NCBI GenBank assembly: GCA_028716725.1
Contig: JAQUPG010000008.1
Coordinates: 3,653 to 67,652, forward strand
Direction: 5' to 3'
Length of the DNA: 64,000 bases
Source: Patescibacteria group bacterium
GTDB taxonomy: Bacteria; Patescibacteriota; Patescibacteriia; Patescibacteriales; JAQTRU01
Below the pieces are notes generated by a model, which saw nothing but the letters and a program-made list of their open reading frames with translations, did not search any database and was not told where the DNA came from. The translations under genes were made by a program, and so were the position numbers. How positions within the stretch are numbered: position 1 is the stretch's first letter; each line of letters opens with the position of its first letter. Positions 35,174 to 43,462 of this stretch are shown here, in pieces.

Positions 35174-36499
35174 ATGGTAGAAGAAAAGAATAATTTAATG
35201 GATAAAATTGAGTCTTTATGCAAAAGGCGGGGTTTTGTTTTTCCTGATTCGGAAATTTACGGGGGTATGGCTAATACCTGGGATTACGGGCCTTATGGCG
35301 CGGGAATGAGGAAAAACATAAAAGACCGGTGGTGGAAAAAATTTGTCCAGGACCGGGACGATATGGTCGGTTTGGACGCGGCCTTGATTATGAATCCGAA
35401 GGTCTGGGAGGCTAGCGGGCATCTGGCTAATTTTAAAGACCCGATGGTGGAGTGCGAGAAATGTCATGGCCGGTTTCGGGAAGATGATTTAGAAAATAAC
35501 CCTTCGGCTGGGGTCGGGGCAGGAAAATGCCCGGATTGCGAAGGGAAGCTGACGGCTCCGAAGCAGTTTAATATGATGTTTAAGACTTTTTTCGGCCCGG
35601 CCGAAGAAAGCGCCAATGTCGCTTATTTCCGGCCGGAAACCGCCCAAGGGATTTTTGTTAATTTTAAAAATATTATTGACACGACCAGGAAGAAACTTCC
35701 TTTTGGCATCGGCCAAATCGGCAAAGCTTTCCGCAATGAAATTACGCCGGGCAATTTTATTTTCCGAACCCGCGAGTTTGAGCAGATGGAAATAGAATAT
35801 TTTATTCCCGTCCCGAAAAAGGACAAGGACTGGGAAAAGTATTTCGAGGACTGGCGGAAAGAAATGATCGGCTGGATAAAAGACTTGGGCATTGACGTAA
35901 AAAAAGAAATCCACGAACTAAACGTGCCTAAAGATGAGCTCGCGCATTATTCTAAAAAAACCATTGATTTTGAATATAAGTTCCCTTTTGGCCAGAAAGA
36001 ATTATATGGTTTGGCTTACCGGACTGATTTTGATTTAAAAAGCCACGGTTTAGATTATACTGACGAAGATGGCAATAAATTTATTCCGCATGTGATTGAA
36101 CCGTCTTTAGGAGTTGACCGGAGTTTTTTGGCAGCTTTGTGCTCGGCTTATACGGAAGAAAAAGTGAAAGATGAAATGCGGGCGGTATTAAAGTTGCCGG
36201 TTTGGCTCTCTCCGGTTAAGATTGCGGTTTTTCCCTTGCTTAAAAATAAGCCGGAGTTGGTAAAAAAAGCCAAAGAGATTTTTAATGGTTTAAAAACAGA
36301 TTATGTTTGCGAGTTTGATGATAACGGCAACGTAGGCAAGCGATACAGGCGGCAGGATGAAATCGGCACGCCTTATTGCCTTACCGTAGATTTTGACAGT
36401 CTGGAAAAAGATGACGTGACCGTGCGCGACCGCGACAGTATGAAGCAGGTGAGGGTAAAAATAAAAGAGTTGGGAGATTATTTTAAGTATAAGCTGTAA
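35174..36499 (+). CDS. glyQS: Glycyl-tRNA synthetase, alpha2 dimeric type
   Basis: Class II motifs (FRPETAQG, GKAFRNEI, GVDR), Zn-ribbon insertion, C-terminal anticodon-binding domain. Confidence 0.95.
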   Translation: MVEEKNNLMDKIESLCKRRGFVFPDSEIYGGMANTWDYGPYGAGMRKNIKDRWWKKFVQDRDDMVGLDAALIMNPKVWEASGHLANFKDPMVECEKCHGRFREDDLENNPSAGVGAGKCPDCEGKLTAPKQFNMMFKTFFGPAEESANVAYFRPETAQGIFVNFKNIIDTTRKKLPFGIGQIGKAFRNEITPGNFIFRTREFEQMEIEYFIPVPKKDKDWEKYFEDWRKEMIGWIKDLGIDVKKEIHELNVPKDELAHYSKKTIDFEYKFPFGQKELYGLAYRTDFDLKSHGLDYTDEDGNKFIPHVIEPSLGVDRSFLAALCSAYTEEKVKDEMRAVLKLPVWLSPVKIAVFPLLKNKPELVKKAKEIFNGLKTDYVCEFDDNGNVGKRYRRQDEIGTPYCLTVDFDSLEKDDVTVRDRDSMKQVRVKIKELGDYFKYKL

Positions 36500-36584
36500 T
36501 AATTTAAATTAAGATATTTTTAACGGCTTAGCATTTTTAAAAATGACTGAGCCGTTTTTGGATTAAAGAGATAACTAAAGATGC

Positions 36585-36785
36585 AATAACGCTTCGCTAG
36601 GACCTACTTTTGCCCGCCTTGCCGTCCGCCTCGTCGGCGAGACGGGGCGAGGCAGGTAACCAAAAGTAGGCAAAAGTTTCGGGGGCCTCCCGCCTTCGCT
36701 AACGCTTCGGCGGGCAAGCAATTCTTAGCTCAGCCTGCCCCGCAGTCTTGCGGGGTTCGGCCCCCGAACCCCATGGTGATTTAAA
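36585..36785 (+). repeat. Structured repeat copy A (201 nt), immediately upstream of the ComEC-family MBL gene
   Basis: AATAACGCTTCGCTAGGAC...; helix CCTACTTTTG(36603-36612)/CAAAAGTAGG(36661-36670); helix TTCGGGGGCC(36678-36687)/GGCCCCCGAA(36759-36768); ends CCCCATGGTGATTTAAA. Confidence 0.7.
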
Positions 36786-36812
36786 GAAGTGTGATTATGC
36801 TATAATTAAAAT

Positions 36813-37670
36813 ATGTCTGCCAAACTTTATAAAATTTTATTGATTTTAGGCATTGTCATAACTTTATCGGCCGTTCCGGTTTTTGTTTTATCTTACGATC
36901 CACCTAAAGAGCTAGAAGTAGATTTTTTTGACGTGGGACAAGGGGACGCGATTTTAATTAAATCGCCAATGGGCCAGAATATTTTAATCGACGGCGGTCC
37001 GGATAATAAAGTTATCGAAGAACTGGGTAAAAATTTGCCTTTTTGGGACAAGCAGATTGATTTAATGGTTTTAACCCACCCGCATGACGACCATGCCACC
37101 GGCTTAATTGAAGTAATAAAGAGATATAGCGTAAAAAAGATTCTTTATACCGGCGTTGTCCATGGCGCGCCTAATTATCTGGCCTGGCTAGAAGAGGTTA
37201 GGGAAAGAAAGATACCCTTGATAATTATTGACCGGCCGCAAAAAATCGTTTTGGGTGATAGCTGTTATTTAGATATAATATATCCGACCAAAAGTTTGCT
37301 TGGGCAAGAAGTGGAAAATTTGAATAATAGTTCTATTGTGGCCAAATTGGTTTATGGCCAGACAAAATTTTTACTGACGGGCGATGCTGAAGCAGAAGTG
37401 GAGAAAGAATTGCTTGACGTTAGGGTTGACTTATCCGCCCAGGTTTTAAAAACCGGGCATCATGGTTCCGATACTTCTTCCAGTGAAGATTTTTTAGAAG
37501 CGGTGAATCCAAAATTAGCAGTTATTCAGGTTGGCAAAGACAATGACTTCGGCCATCCCAGCTTAAGGATATTAAAAAGATTAGAAAGAATTGGGGCAGA
37601 AATTTTGCGGACTGATATTAATGGGGCAGTGAAAATAATAAGCAATGGGAAAGAGATAGATAGAAAGTAA
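36813..37670 (+). CDS. ComEC/Rec2-related metallo-beta-lactamase-fold protein (stand-alone C-terminal domain with TM anchor)
   Basis: FFDVGQGDAILI, LTHPHDDHATGL, GHHGS motifs. Confidence 0.8.
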   Translation: MSAKLYKILLILGIVITLSAVPVFVLSYDPPKELEVDFFDVGQGDAILIKSPMGQNILIDGGPDNKVIEELGKNLPFWDKQIDLMVLTHPHDDHATGLIEVIKRYSVKKILYTGVVHGAPNYLAWLEEVRERKIPLIIIDRPQKIVLGDSCYLDIIYPTKSLLGQEVENLNNSSIVAKLVYGQTKFLLTGDAEAEVEKELLDVRVDLSAQVLKTGHHGSDTSSSEDFLEAVNPKLAVIQVGKDNDFGHPSLRILKRLERIGAEILRTDINGAVKIISNGKEIDRK

Positions 37671-37688
37671 TAGAGTTTAATAATTAAT

Positions 37689-37855
37689 AATAACGCTTCG
37701 CTAGGACTTACTTTTGTAACCGTTCGACTGAGCTCACGCCGAAGCCAAAAGTAAGCAAAAGTTTCGGGGGTCTCAATTCGCTATCACGCTGATTAAGCTA
37801 TAAATTGGCTCGCCTTGGCGCTCAGTTCGGCCCCCGAACCCCCTGGTGATTTAAA
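37689..37855 (+). repeat. Structured repeat copy B (167 nt), immediately downstream of the MBL gene
   Basis: Same conserved ends as copy A; helix CTTACTTTTG(37707-37716)/CAAAAGTAAG(37746-37755) shows a compensatory C:G to T:A change; variable loops. Confidence 0.7.
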
Positions 37856-37964
37856 ACGTCGTTATCCAAATTAGTTATTTAACGAAGCGTAGCAAAATAC
37901 GGCTTGAAAGCCGTATTTTTTTGTTTCCCTTGACAAGCCCTTTTTTATATGCTAAGATAGCCAG

Positions 37965-38208
37965 TTAACAATTAAAGGTCGTTTTAAACGGGTCAGGCAC
38001 GACAAGCATGGGGATTTTCTTATTAGGGTTCTTAGGCCCATAATAGGAAGTAAAAGAAGTAATAAATAAATCCAGATATGCCGGTCAAGAATTAAGAATT
38101 TTTTGTTTTCTGTTTTGGGCTTAGAAACACCTAAAGGAAATTTTCTTGCCTGCCCGTTTAAGTCGGCCTTTTGTTTTAAAAAACACGGTTTTAACGCCGT
38201 GCTTTTTT
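37965..38208 (+). ncRNA. Candidate rod-shaped small RNA (198-nt irregular hairpin), 6S-like architecture; identity unconfirmed
   Basis: TTGACA(37930-37935)-N17-TAAGAT(37953-37958); 5' arm from 37974 pairs with 3' arm ending 38171 (about 27 bp closing stem, then ATTTTC/GGAAAT, TTAGG/CCTAA, TTAGGCCC/GGGCTTAG); A/U-rich centre; no downstream + strand gene. Confidence 0.45.
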
Positions 38209-38224
38209 ATTTTGATGATTCTAT

Positions 38225-40132
38225 TTATTGCTTGATGTCTGCATTCTCCGGAGTTGAAGAAGCGGTTGTTAATTCTTCCACGCCTATAAGGCAGACTTCC
38301 TGCCAGGGAACGTAATGGGAGGAAAATCTTTTAGACTTTACTTCCGGGGTAGAAGTGGCGGTCGAAGCCGGATAAGTGACTTTATAATCGAAATAAGCGT
38401 CCGCTCCGTTATGGGCTTTTTCTGTGCATTTTTTCTCGCCGACTGGTAGATCCAGAGTTTCTACAATCTTGGTTGGTCCGGGTTTGACGATATTGTAAAT
38501 TGTCGGGTCGGTTTTTTCCACGATCCGGCCGTCATTAGTTCCCCAGAAATCGAAATACAAATTATCTCCGGCAATCCGCGTCTGGATTAGAATGTAGTGG
38601 CCGGTATCGTTAATAAACCGGACATCAGGCCAGGGGCTATAAATCGTCGCATCCGTGCCGGCCGGCTCATAATAAGAAACTCGGTAAGAATGGTTTTGTC
38701 TCATAGTTATGGGCAGCCCAGTAGCCACGGCTCCCCGGAACATAGTCGTGCCGATCTGGCATAACCCGCCGCCGTATTCCGGAATAGTTTCATTGCCCTT
38801 TATGACTAATTCAGGCAGATAACCGGTTTCAGCCTCAATTTCTCCCAGGGCTTTATTCAAAGAAAATTCTTCGTCGGGTTTTATTAAGATGCCGTTTAAC
38901 GAATCAGAGCCGACTTTTATATTATGGCGCCTATTAACCGGAGAGCCGGCAAAATTAGACTCCCCGGTGCCGATAATTTCTCTTATGCCCAAATCATTTA
39001 TGGTTCCGGTATCAACCGTACTTTTCATTTCTTCAGTTGTCAGTTCGACCGTATTATTTTTATTATTTATAAATTCATCCCTGATCTTATTTATATCGTC
39101 TTCTATTTTTAACTTTAAGCCGTCCTGGCTGCCCTGAAATTCGGCTACCCGGCCGTTGCTCATTTTAAAGCGGGCGTCAATCGGCTCCCTTTCTATTTCC
39201 GGAGCGACAGTTTTCTCTAAAAATTCGGTTAATTTTTCCGGGCTTAAACTAACTATTATTTCCCCCTCTTTATTTCGGCCGGAATCTTGGCTATTTTCCC
39301 GGCGCTCCAAAGCCAGCATATCGGCCAGCTGCTTTTTTTCTATAATCCATTTCTTTTTTTGGTAGACTAAAGTCAGGGGAGAAGTTTCCAGAATTTTTTC
39401 CGCCTCGGCTTCAACGTTCAGGCATTCATTTTTGTAGATAGAAGGATAATCGGTTTTACTGGTAAGTTCTATCGCAGAGAAATCCAGCTTATTTAATTTT
39501 ATTTTTAATTCTTCTATGGCCCTGGCGTAATCTATGACTTTCCCAAGTTTTTCTTCATCCAGGGAGAAAATAATTTTTTCCGGATTCTCCGGCGTGGTCG
39601 TGGCGGTTAAAGCAGCGCTTCGGCCCGGGTTAGCGAATTTTTCATAATTAGTTTTAAGGATTTTTTCTATTTCCCCCTCATTTAGGGAATAGATTATTCC
39701 GGCTTGTTTTCCGAAGATAAGGGCTGTGGCCTTGTCCTGCAGGTTAAGGAAAAAATTTCTGTCCCGGCCGAAAGAAAAAATTTCCTCGCTGGTTTTTTCA
39801 GGCTCAAAAGAAACAATCCGGTAAGCGAGGTCAGCCTCCAAAGAAGAGATAGTCGGCGTAAGGGTAGTTTGGGAATCGGCATATTTAAACCTTAATCCGG
39901 TCCGGTTAAGATCATCTATTTTTTCTCCCAATAACTTTTCCGCCCCGGCCTTTGTCAGCCCGCTTAAATCTATATTTCCCATTCTAATCCCCGGGTAGAT
40001 TCTTCCTTCATATTGCTTTTCAAAAATTAAAAAAGCGCCGGCCAGTATGGCCAGGGAAATAAAAAAAATAGCCACAAGAATAAGTAGCCATTTCAAAAAT
40101 CGGTTTTTGATCAGGTTAATGCCCGGCATCAT
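38225..40132 (-). CDS. VanW family protein
   Basis: N-terminal TM; C-terminal GGGLCQIGTTMFRGAVATGL...QNHSYRVSYY VanW signature. Confidence 0.8.
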   Translation of the reverse strand: MMPGINLIKNRFLKWLLILVAIFFISLAILAGAFLIFEKQYEGRIYPGIRMGNIDLSGLTKAGAEKLLGEKIDDLNRTGLRFKYADSQTTLTPTISSLEADLAYRIVSFEPEKTSEEIFSFGRDRNFFLNLQDKATALIFGKQAGIIYSLNEGEIEKILKTNYEKFANPGRSAALTATTTPENPEKIIFSLDEEKLGKVIDYARAIEELKIKLNKLDFSAIELTSKTDYPSIYKNECLNVEAEAEKILETSPLTLVYQKKKWIIEKKQLADMLALERRENSQDSGRNKEGEIIVSLSPEKLTEFLEKTVAPEIEREPIDARFKMSNGRVAEFQGSQDGLKLKIEDDINKIRDEFINNKNNTVELTTEEMKSTVDTGTINDLGIREIIGTGESNFAGSPVNRRHNIKVGSDSLNGILIKPDEEFSLNKALGEIEAETGYLPELVIKGNETIPEYGGGLCQIGTTMFRGAVATGLPITMRQNHSYRVSYYEPAGTDATIYSPWPDVRFINDTGHYILIQTRIAGDNLYFDFWGTNDGRIVEKTDPTIYNIVKPGPTKIVETLDLPVGEKKCTEKAHNGADAYFDYKVTYPASTATSTPEVKSKRFSSHYVPWQEVCLIGVEELTTASSTPENADIKQ

Positions 40133-40145
40133 AAGTTTTTCCTTA

Positions 40146-40367
40146 TCAGTTTTCTTCCGTATTTAAAAGTTCGTTTAAGATATCCTTGGCTAGATCTTTT
40201 TTATTTCTCTCTTTTTCTTTATTGCCGGCAATAGTGAAAATTAAAACCGCCCCTTCTTTGGCTTCGGCCGGCAGCTTATCTTTCGGCCAGATAATTGTTT
40301 CCCCCTTTTCTGTTTTTAAAACAGCTTTTTCATTTTCGAAGCGGTCTATTGTCAGAGAATATTCCAT
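40146..40367 (-). CDS. DUF3006-like small protein
   Basis: LTIDRFENEKAVL...IIWPKDKLPAEAKEG pattern. Confidence 0.5.
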   Translation of the reverse strand: MEYSLTIDRFENEKAVLKTEKGETIIWPKDKLPAEAKEGAVLIFTIAGNKEKERNKKDLAKDILNELLNTEEN

Positions 40368-40373
40368 ATTCTT

Positions 40374-40826
40374 TTATTTTTCTTTTATTTTAACGGAAAT
40401 CTGCTTGGTGGCTTTGGACTTAGGCAGGGCGATGGTCAGAACCCCATTTTCCAAAACCGCTTCAATTTCTTCCGCTTTAACTTCGACAGGCAGGATTATG
40501 GAGCGGGAAAAAGATCCCCAATAGCATTCTCTGTATAAATAGTCGTCATCCCGTATTTCTTCCTTTTCCTCTCTTTTTCCCCTAATAGTTAGCATGTCAT
40601 TGTTTATAGAAATATCTATATCTTCCGGCTTAACTCCGGCGATAGTTGACTTTACCACAATCATCTTCGGCGTCTGGTAGACGTCAATTGATAATTGCCC
40701 TTCTTCGTAATCGTCATCCATCCATTCATTTGTTTCTTCCCCGTCCCTTATTTCTAATTCCCCGCCATCGTTTTCTCCAGGAGCTTTATTGTCAATCCCG
40801 GCCAGTTTTTTAAAAAAGTTGCTCAT
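40374..40826 (-). CDS. Hsp20/alpha-crystallin small heat-shock protein
   Basis: GVKPEDIDISINNDMLTIRGKR...FSRSIILP...ENGVLTIALPK. Confidence 0.9.
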   Translation of the reverse strand: MSNFFKKLAGIDNKAPGENDGGELEIRDGEETNEWMDDDYEEGQLSIDVYQTPKMIVVKSTIAGVKPEDIDISINNDMLTIRGKREEKEEIRDDDYLYRECYWGSFSRSIILPVEVKAEEIEAVLENGVLTIALPKSKATKQISVKIKEK

Positions 40827-40922
40827 ATTTTTAAAATGATAAAATATTAAGTTATTATATTCTAATTATAAAATTATTATCGTTTTTAAGCAAGGGTATT
40901 TTAATTTTGAGAGTTTTAAGGT

Positions 40923-41047
40923 GTGGGCTTAAGAGGGCTCGAAGCTCCTCGGTGCCATCCTCGGTGCCGAAACGAGAAAACGGGGTTGACCTTCACGATG
41001 TCAATCCCAAGTACTCGGGACTCCCTGCCTGCCGGTAGGTAACCAAC
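40923..41047 (-). pseudogene. Decayed tRNA-Val-like copy interrupted by GC-rich inserts
   Basis: Keeps the TGGGCTTAAGAGGGCTCGAA, TGACCTTCACGATGTCAA and AACCAACT blocks of the adjacent tRNA-Val; 5' acceptor and D stem lost; contains CCTGCCTGCCGGTAGG. Confidence 0.45.
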
Positions 41048-41069
41048 TTTTAAGGTAATTAAAATTTTT

Positions 41070-41143
41070 GTGGGCTTAAGAGGGTTCGAACCTCTGACCT
41101 TCACGATGTCAACGTGACGCTCTAACCAACTGAGCTATAAGCC
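41070..41143 (-). tRNA. tRNA-Val (anticodon GAC)
   Basis: Hand-folded cloverleaf: acceptor GGGCTTA/TAAGCCC, D GCTC/GAGC, anticodon stem TCACG/CGTGA with loop TTGACAT, T stem AGAGG/CCTCT with TTCGAAC; CCA not encoded. Confidence 0.9.
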
Positions 41144-41151
41144 CATTCTGT

Positions 41152-41264
41152 AGTGCGCTTGGATGCCTGCCTGCCGGTAGGCAGGGACTCGAACCCGCCC
41201 GCCTTGCTTCGCAAGGCGAAGCGGGCGGGCCATCGACCCCCCGTTCACCCCGTTAAATTTTGCG
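41152..41264 (-). pseudogene. Decayed tRNA-Ile-like copy with two palindromic inserts in the T arm
   Basis: GTGCGCTTGGAT / ACTCGAACC / CCATCGACCCCC blocks match the adjacent tRNA-Ile; inserts CCTGCCTGCCGGTAGGCAGG (41165-41184) and CGCCCGCCTTGCTTCGCAAGGCGAAGCGGGCGGG. Confidence 0.45.
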
Positions 41265-41363
41265 CTTTATCGGTGCGCTTGGATGGACTTGAACCATCGA
41301 CCCCCGCTTTATAAGAGCGGTGCTCTAACCAACTGAGCTACAAGCGCAAAATAATTTAACGGG
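41247..41363. repeat. CCCCGTTAAATT / AATTTAACGGGG inverted repeats bracketing the tRNA-Ile gene
   Basis: Perfect 12-nt arms at 41247-41258 and 41352-41363. Confidence 0.65.
41273..41346 (-). tRNA. tRNA-Ile (anticodon UAU)
   Basis: Acceptor GCGCTTG/CAAGCGC, D GCTC/GAGC, anticodon stem CCGCT/AGCGG with loop CTTATAA, T stem GATGG/CCATC with TTCAAGT. Confidence 0.85.
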
Positions 41364-41366
41364 GCA

Positions 41367-41403
41367 AGTAAGAGCGGTGCTCTAACCAACTGAGCTACTG
41401 GTG
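41367..41403 (-). pseudogene. Orphan tRNA 5' half (acceptor GCACCAG, through the anticodon loop CTTAC..)
   Basis: GCACCAGTAGCTCAGTTGGTTAGAGCACCGCTCTTAC; no matching 3' half found in the window. Confidence 0.4.
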
Positions 41404-41533
41404 CTTGAAAATAAAAAAAGCTGTTTTTTCTACTATTAAAGAATTTAACATTATATTAATTTTCTGACAAGAAGGAAAGAAAAAAGGGCTGATTGGGATC
41501 AGCCCCTTTTTTTACGGTGCGATTCTTTGATTT

Positions 41534-41875
41534 TTATCCTACGATTTCCGGTTGTTCTTCTGGATTTTCCACGATAACAAAACCGGCGCGAATGAACAAC
41601 GGCTTATTCCTCTGTTCTTTGGGAAGTTTGGGTTTAATTGCTAGGTCCCACAAAGCCAAGTGGAACGCTATCCTTTGTTCGACTTTTCCACTTTTCTCGG
41701 CACGTTTCTCGGCGGTAAAAAGAGCTTTTTCCAGCAGGGTCATGACCCTGATAACCCTGTCATTCTTTCCCTGTGGAGTTTCTGGTTCGACAAAATCCTC
41801 TGTCTCGAAGATTTCCCAAAATTCCGCGAGATCGGTTCCCTCGAATACTTCAACCGGGTTCAGCACTGTCCTCAC
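41534..41875 (-). CDS. Hypothetical protein (GC-richer, adjacent to the tRNA cluster)
   Basis: 113 aa, acidic N-terminus; GGGGG SD-like run upstream of a GTG start. Confidence 0.4.
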   Translation of the reverse strand: MRTVLNPVEVFEGTDLAEFWEIFETEDFVEPETPQGKNDRVIRVMTLLEKALFTAEKRAEKSGKVEQRIAFHLALWDLAIKPKLPKEQRNKPLFIRAGFVIVENPEEQPEIVG

Positions 41876-41930
41876 CCCCTTCTTGTTTAGATTTGTGAAA
41901 AAGCGATTATTTGAAAAAACGGATTAATTA

Positions 41931-43211
41931 TTAAAACGGGAGTTTTTTTAATTTTTCCTCTATGAGTCCAATGATTTCTTTTTCCGCGGCTCCTAACGGC
42001 TTATTGATTTCCGCCTGAGCCAGCCGCCGGTCGCCGGTCGGATTATATTCCCTGATTAATTCCATAGAGTCGATATTTTTTACCGAATAGACGAATAAAC
42101 TGGTGGTCGGATAATTAAATTTTTGGTTGTTTACCCCGTTAGAAATAATGCCCCGTTGATCTGCATCAGAATTAGATGCCTCATTGGAATTTCTAATGGG
42201 GCTTTCTCCATTCCCCGATATATCATTTTCCGGAACTCTTTCGTAGATAATGGCAATTATTTTTGCCAGGGGGATATTGACGATAAGCTCATCAATCACT
42301 TCGCTTAAATCATCTTCCTCCGCCTCGGTTTTTAAGAAATCAATATGGGAAAGAGTTGACCAGACCAGTTTATTGTCAAGGCTTCCGGTAAGCCGGGCCA
42401 GAACCCGCCCCCATAATTTTAAAACGTTTAAAGTCCGGGAGCGGTAAAGCATATTAACAATTTCTTCCCGGCGCGCGCCCATGGAAATAAGCTCGGAAGT
42501 GGCGTTTAAAGTGTGCGGGGTGATATTCGGAGTCTTAAAACTTCTGGTTTTGTAGATTATGCCGGTCAGCAAGCAAGTGGCAATATCCTCGTCAATTAAT
42601 TCCCGGGAATAGCTTTCGAACAAAGAGAATAAAATTTCGGAAACGGAAACCGCGTTTAACTCCGTAAGGTTTATCTGTCCGAATTCCTCGTTGTCGCTCT
42701 GGTGGTCAATATTTATAATCGGGGTTTTATAAAAGAATTCCGTGTCATTGTCGTAAATTTTTCCGAGAGATTCTAAATCCGGGGCGTCAAGGGTAATAAT
42801 CAAATCGTATTTAAACCCGCCGGTGGAAGAAGTTATGTCATCCTCGGTGAAAAAGCCTTCTTTCGGGGAGATGATAAAGTTTAAGCTGCTTTTTTCCAGC
42901 TTGTATTTTATCTGGCTGACCTTGGCGTTGGTGATGTCCAGGGAAATTATAAATTTGCGCAGATTTTCCAGCTCATTTTTTATTTCCGAAAAAGCCGGCA
43001 GAAAGGAAAAAAGCTTGCCGGCCGTCGGCGAGGAATTATTGGTTTTAGGTTTTTCCGCCACTATTTCCGCGTTTTTTCCTAATTTTTTTAAAAACAAAAA
43101 TAAGGCCAGGGCGCTGGCGACTGAATCTCCGTTCCAAACATGGGAGAAAGTTATTAAGATATTGTTAGCTTTTTTGATTTGTTCAAAAATTTGTTGCTCC
43201 TGAGTCAGCAT
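41931..43211 (-). CDS. DHH/DHHA1 phosphoesterase (NrnA-like) with a repeat-derived insert
   Basis: DGDSVASALAL, DHH-type IDHQ and DHHA1-type GGGH-like regions. Confidence 0.75.
   Translation of the reverse strand: MLTQEQQIFEQIKKANNILITFSHVWNGDSVASALALFLFLKKLGKNAEIVAEKPKTNNSSPTAGKLFSFLPAFSEIKNELENLRKFIISLDITNAKVSQIKYKLEKSSLNFIISPKEGFFTEDDITSSTGGFKYDLIITLDAPDLESLGKIYDNDTEFFYKTPIINIDHQSDNEEFGQINLTELNAVSVSEILFSLFESYSRELIDEDIATCLLTGIIYKTRSFKTPNITPHTLNATSELISMGARREEIVNMLYRSRTLNVLKLWGRVLARLTGSLDNKLVWSTLSHIDFLKTEAEEDDLSEVIDELIVNIPLAKIIAIIYERVPENDISGNGESPIRNSNEASNSDADQRGIISNGVNNQKFNYPTTSLFVYSVKNIDSMELIREYNPTGDRRLAQAEINKPLGAAEKEIIGLIEEKLKKLPF
42134..42201. repeat. CCCCGTTAGAAAT-family element in frame inside the DHH CDS
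   Basis: CCCCGTTAGAAAT (42134-42146) / ATTTCTAATGGGG (42189-42201); encodes PIRNSNEASNSDADQRGIISNG. Confidence 0.75.
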
Positions 43212-43462
43212 AACCTAAAGTTAAAAATTATTTTGTCAGTCTTTTAATATATATTAATTTATCTTTAGTGTCAAGTGTTTAATTCTGAGGGTTAGATAGC
43301 TTAAAAATCTTATTTTAATAATAACAAAAATTTCGTGTTTAAAAAATAAGAGATCCCTCGCTACGCTCGGGATGAGAGTGTTTCATAATTATTCAACACT
43401 CTCAATTTGTGTGGTTTTTTCTTGCCAAAATAAGCTAATTTTGGTAATCTTTAAGGTATGAA

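Noticed and set aside
36585-37855. Integron attC sites bracketing a gene cassette
   Set aside because: The repeat ends do not fit the R''/R' (RYYYAAC/GTTRRRY) cores, and the repeats are direct, structured and about 170-200 nt. There is no intI or attI in the window.
41493-41927. 144-aa + strand ORF overlapping the 113-aa - strand ORF
   Set aside because: Its Ser/Phe-rich composition is typical of an antisense frame. The - strand ORF has the SD-like run and a plausible composition, although it is itself only a hypothetical protein.
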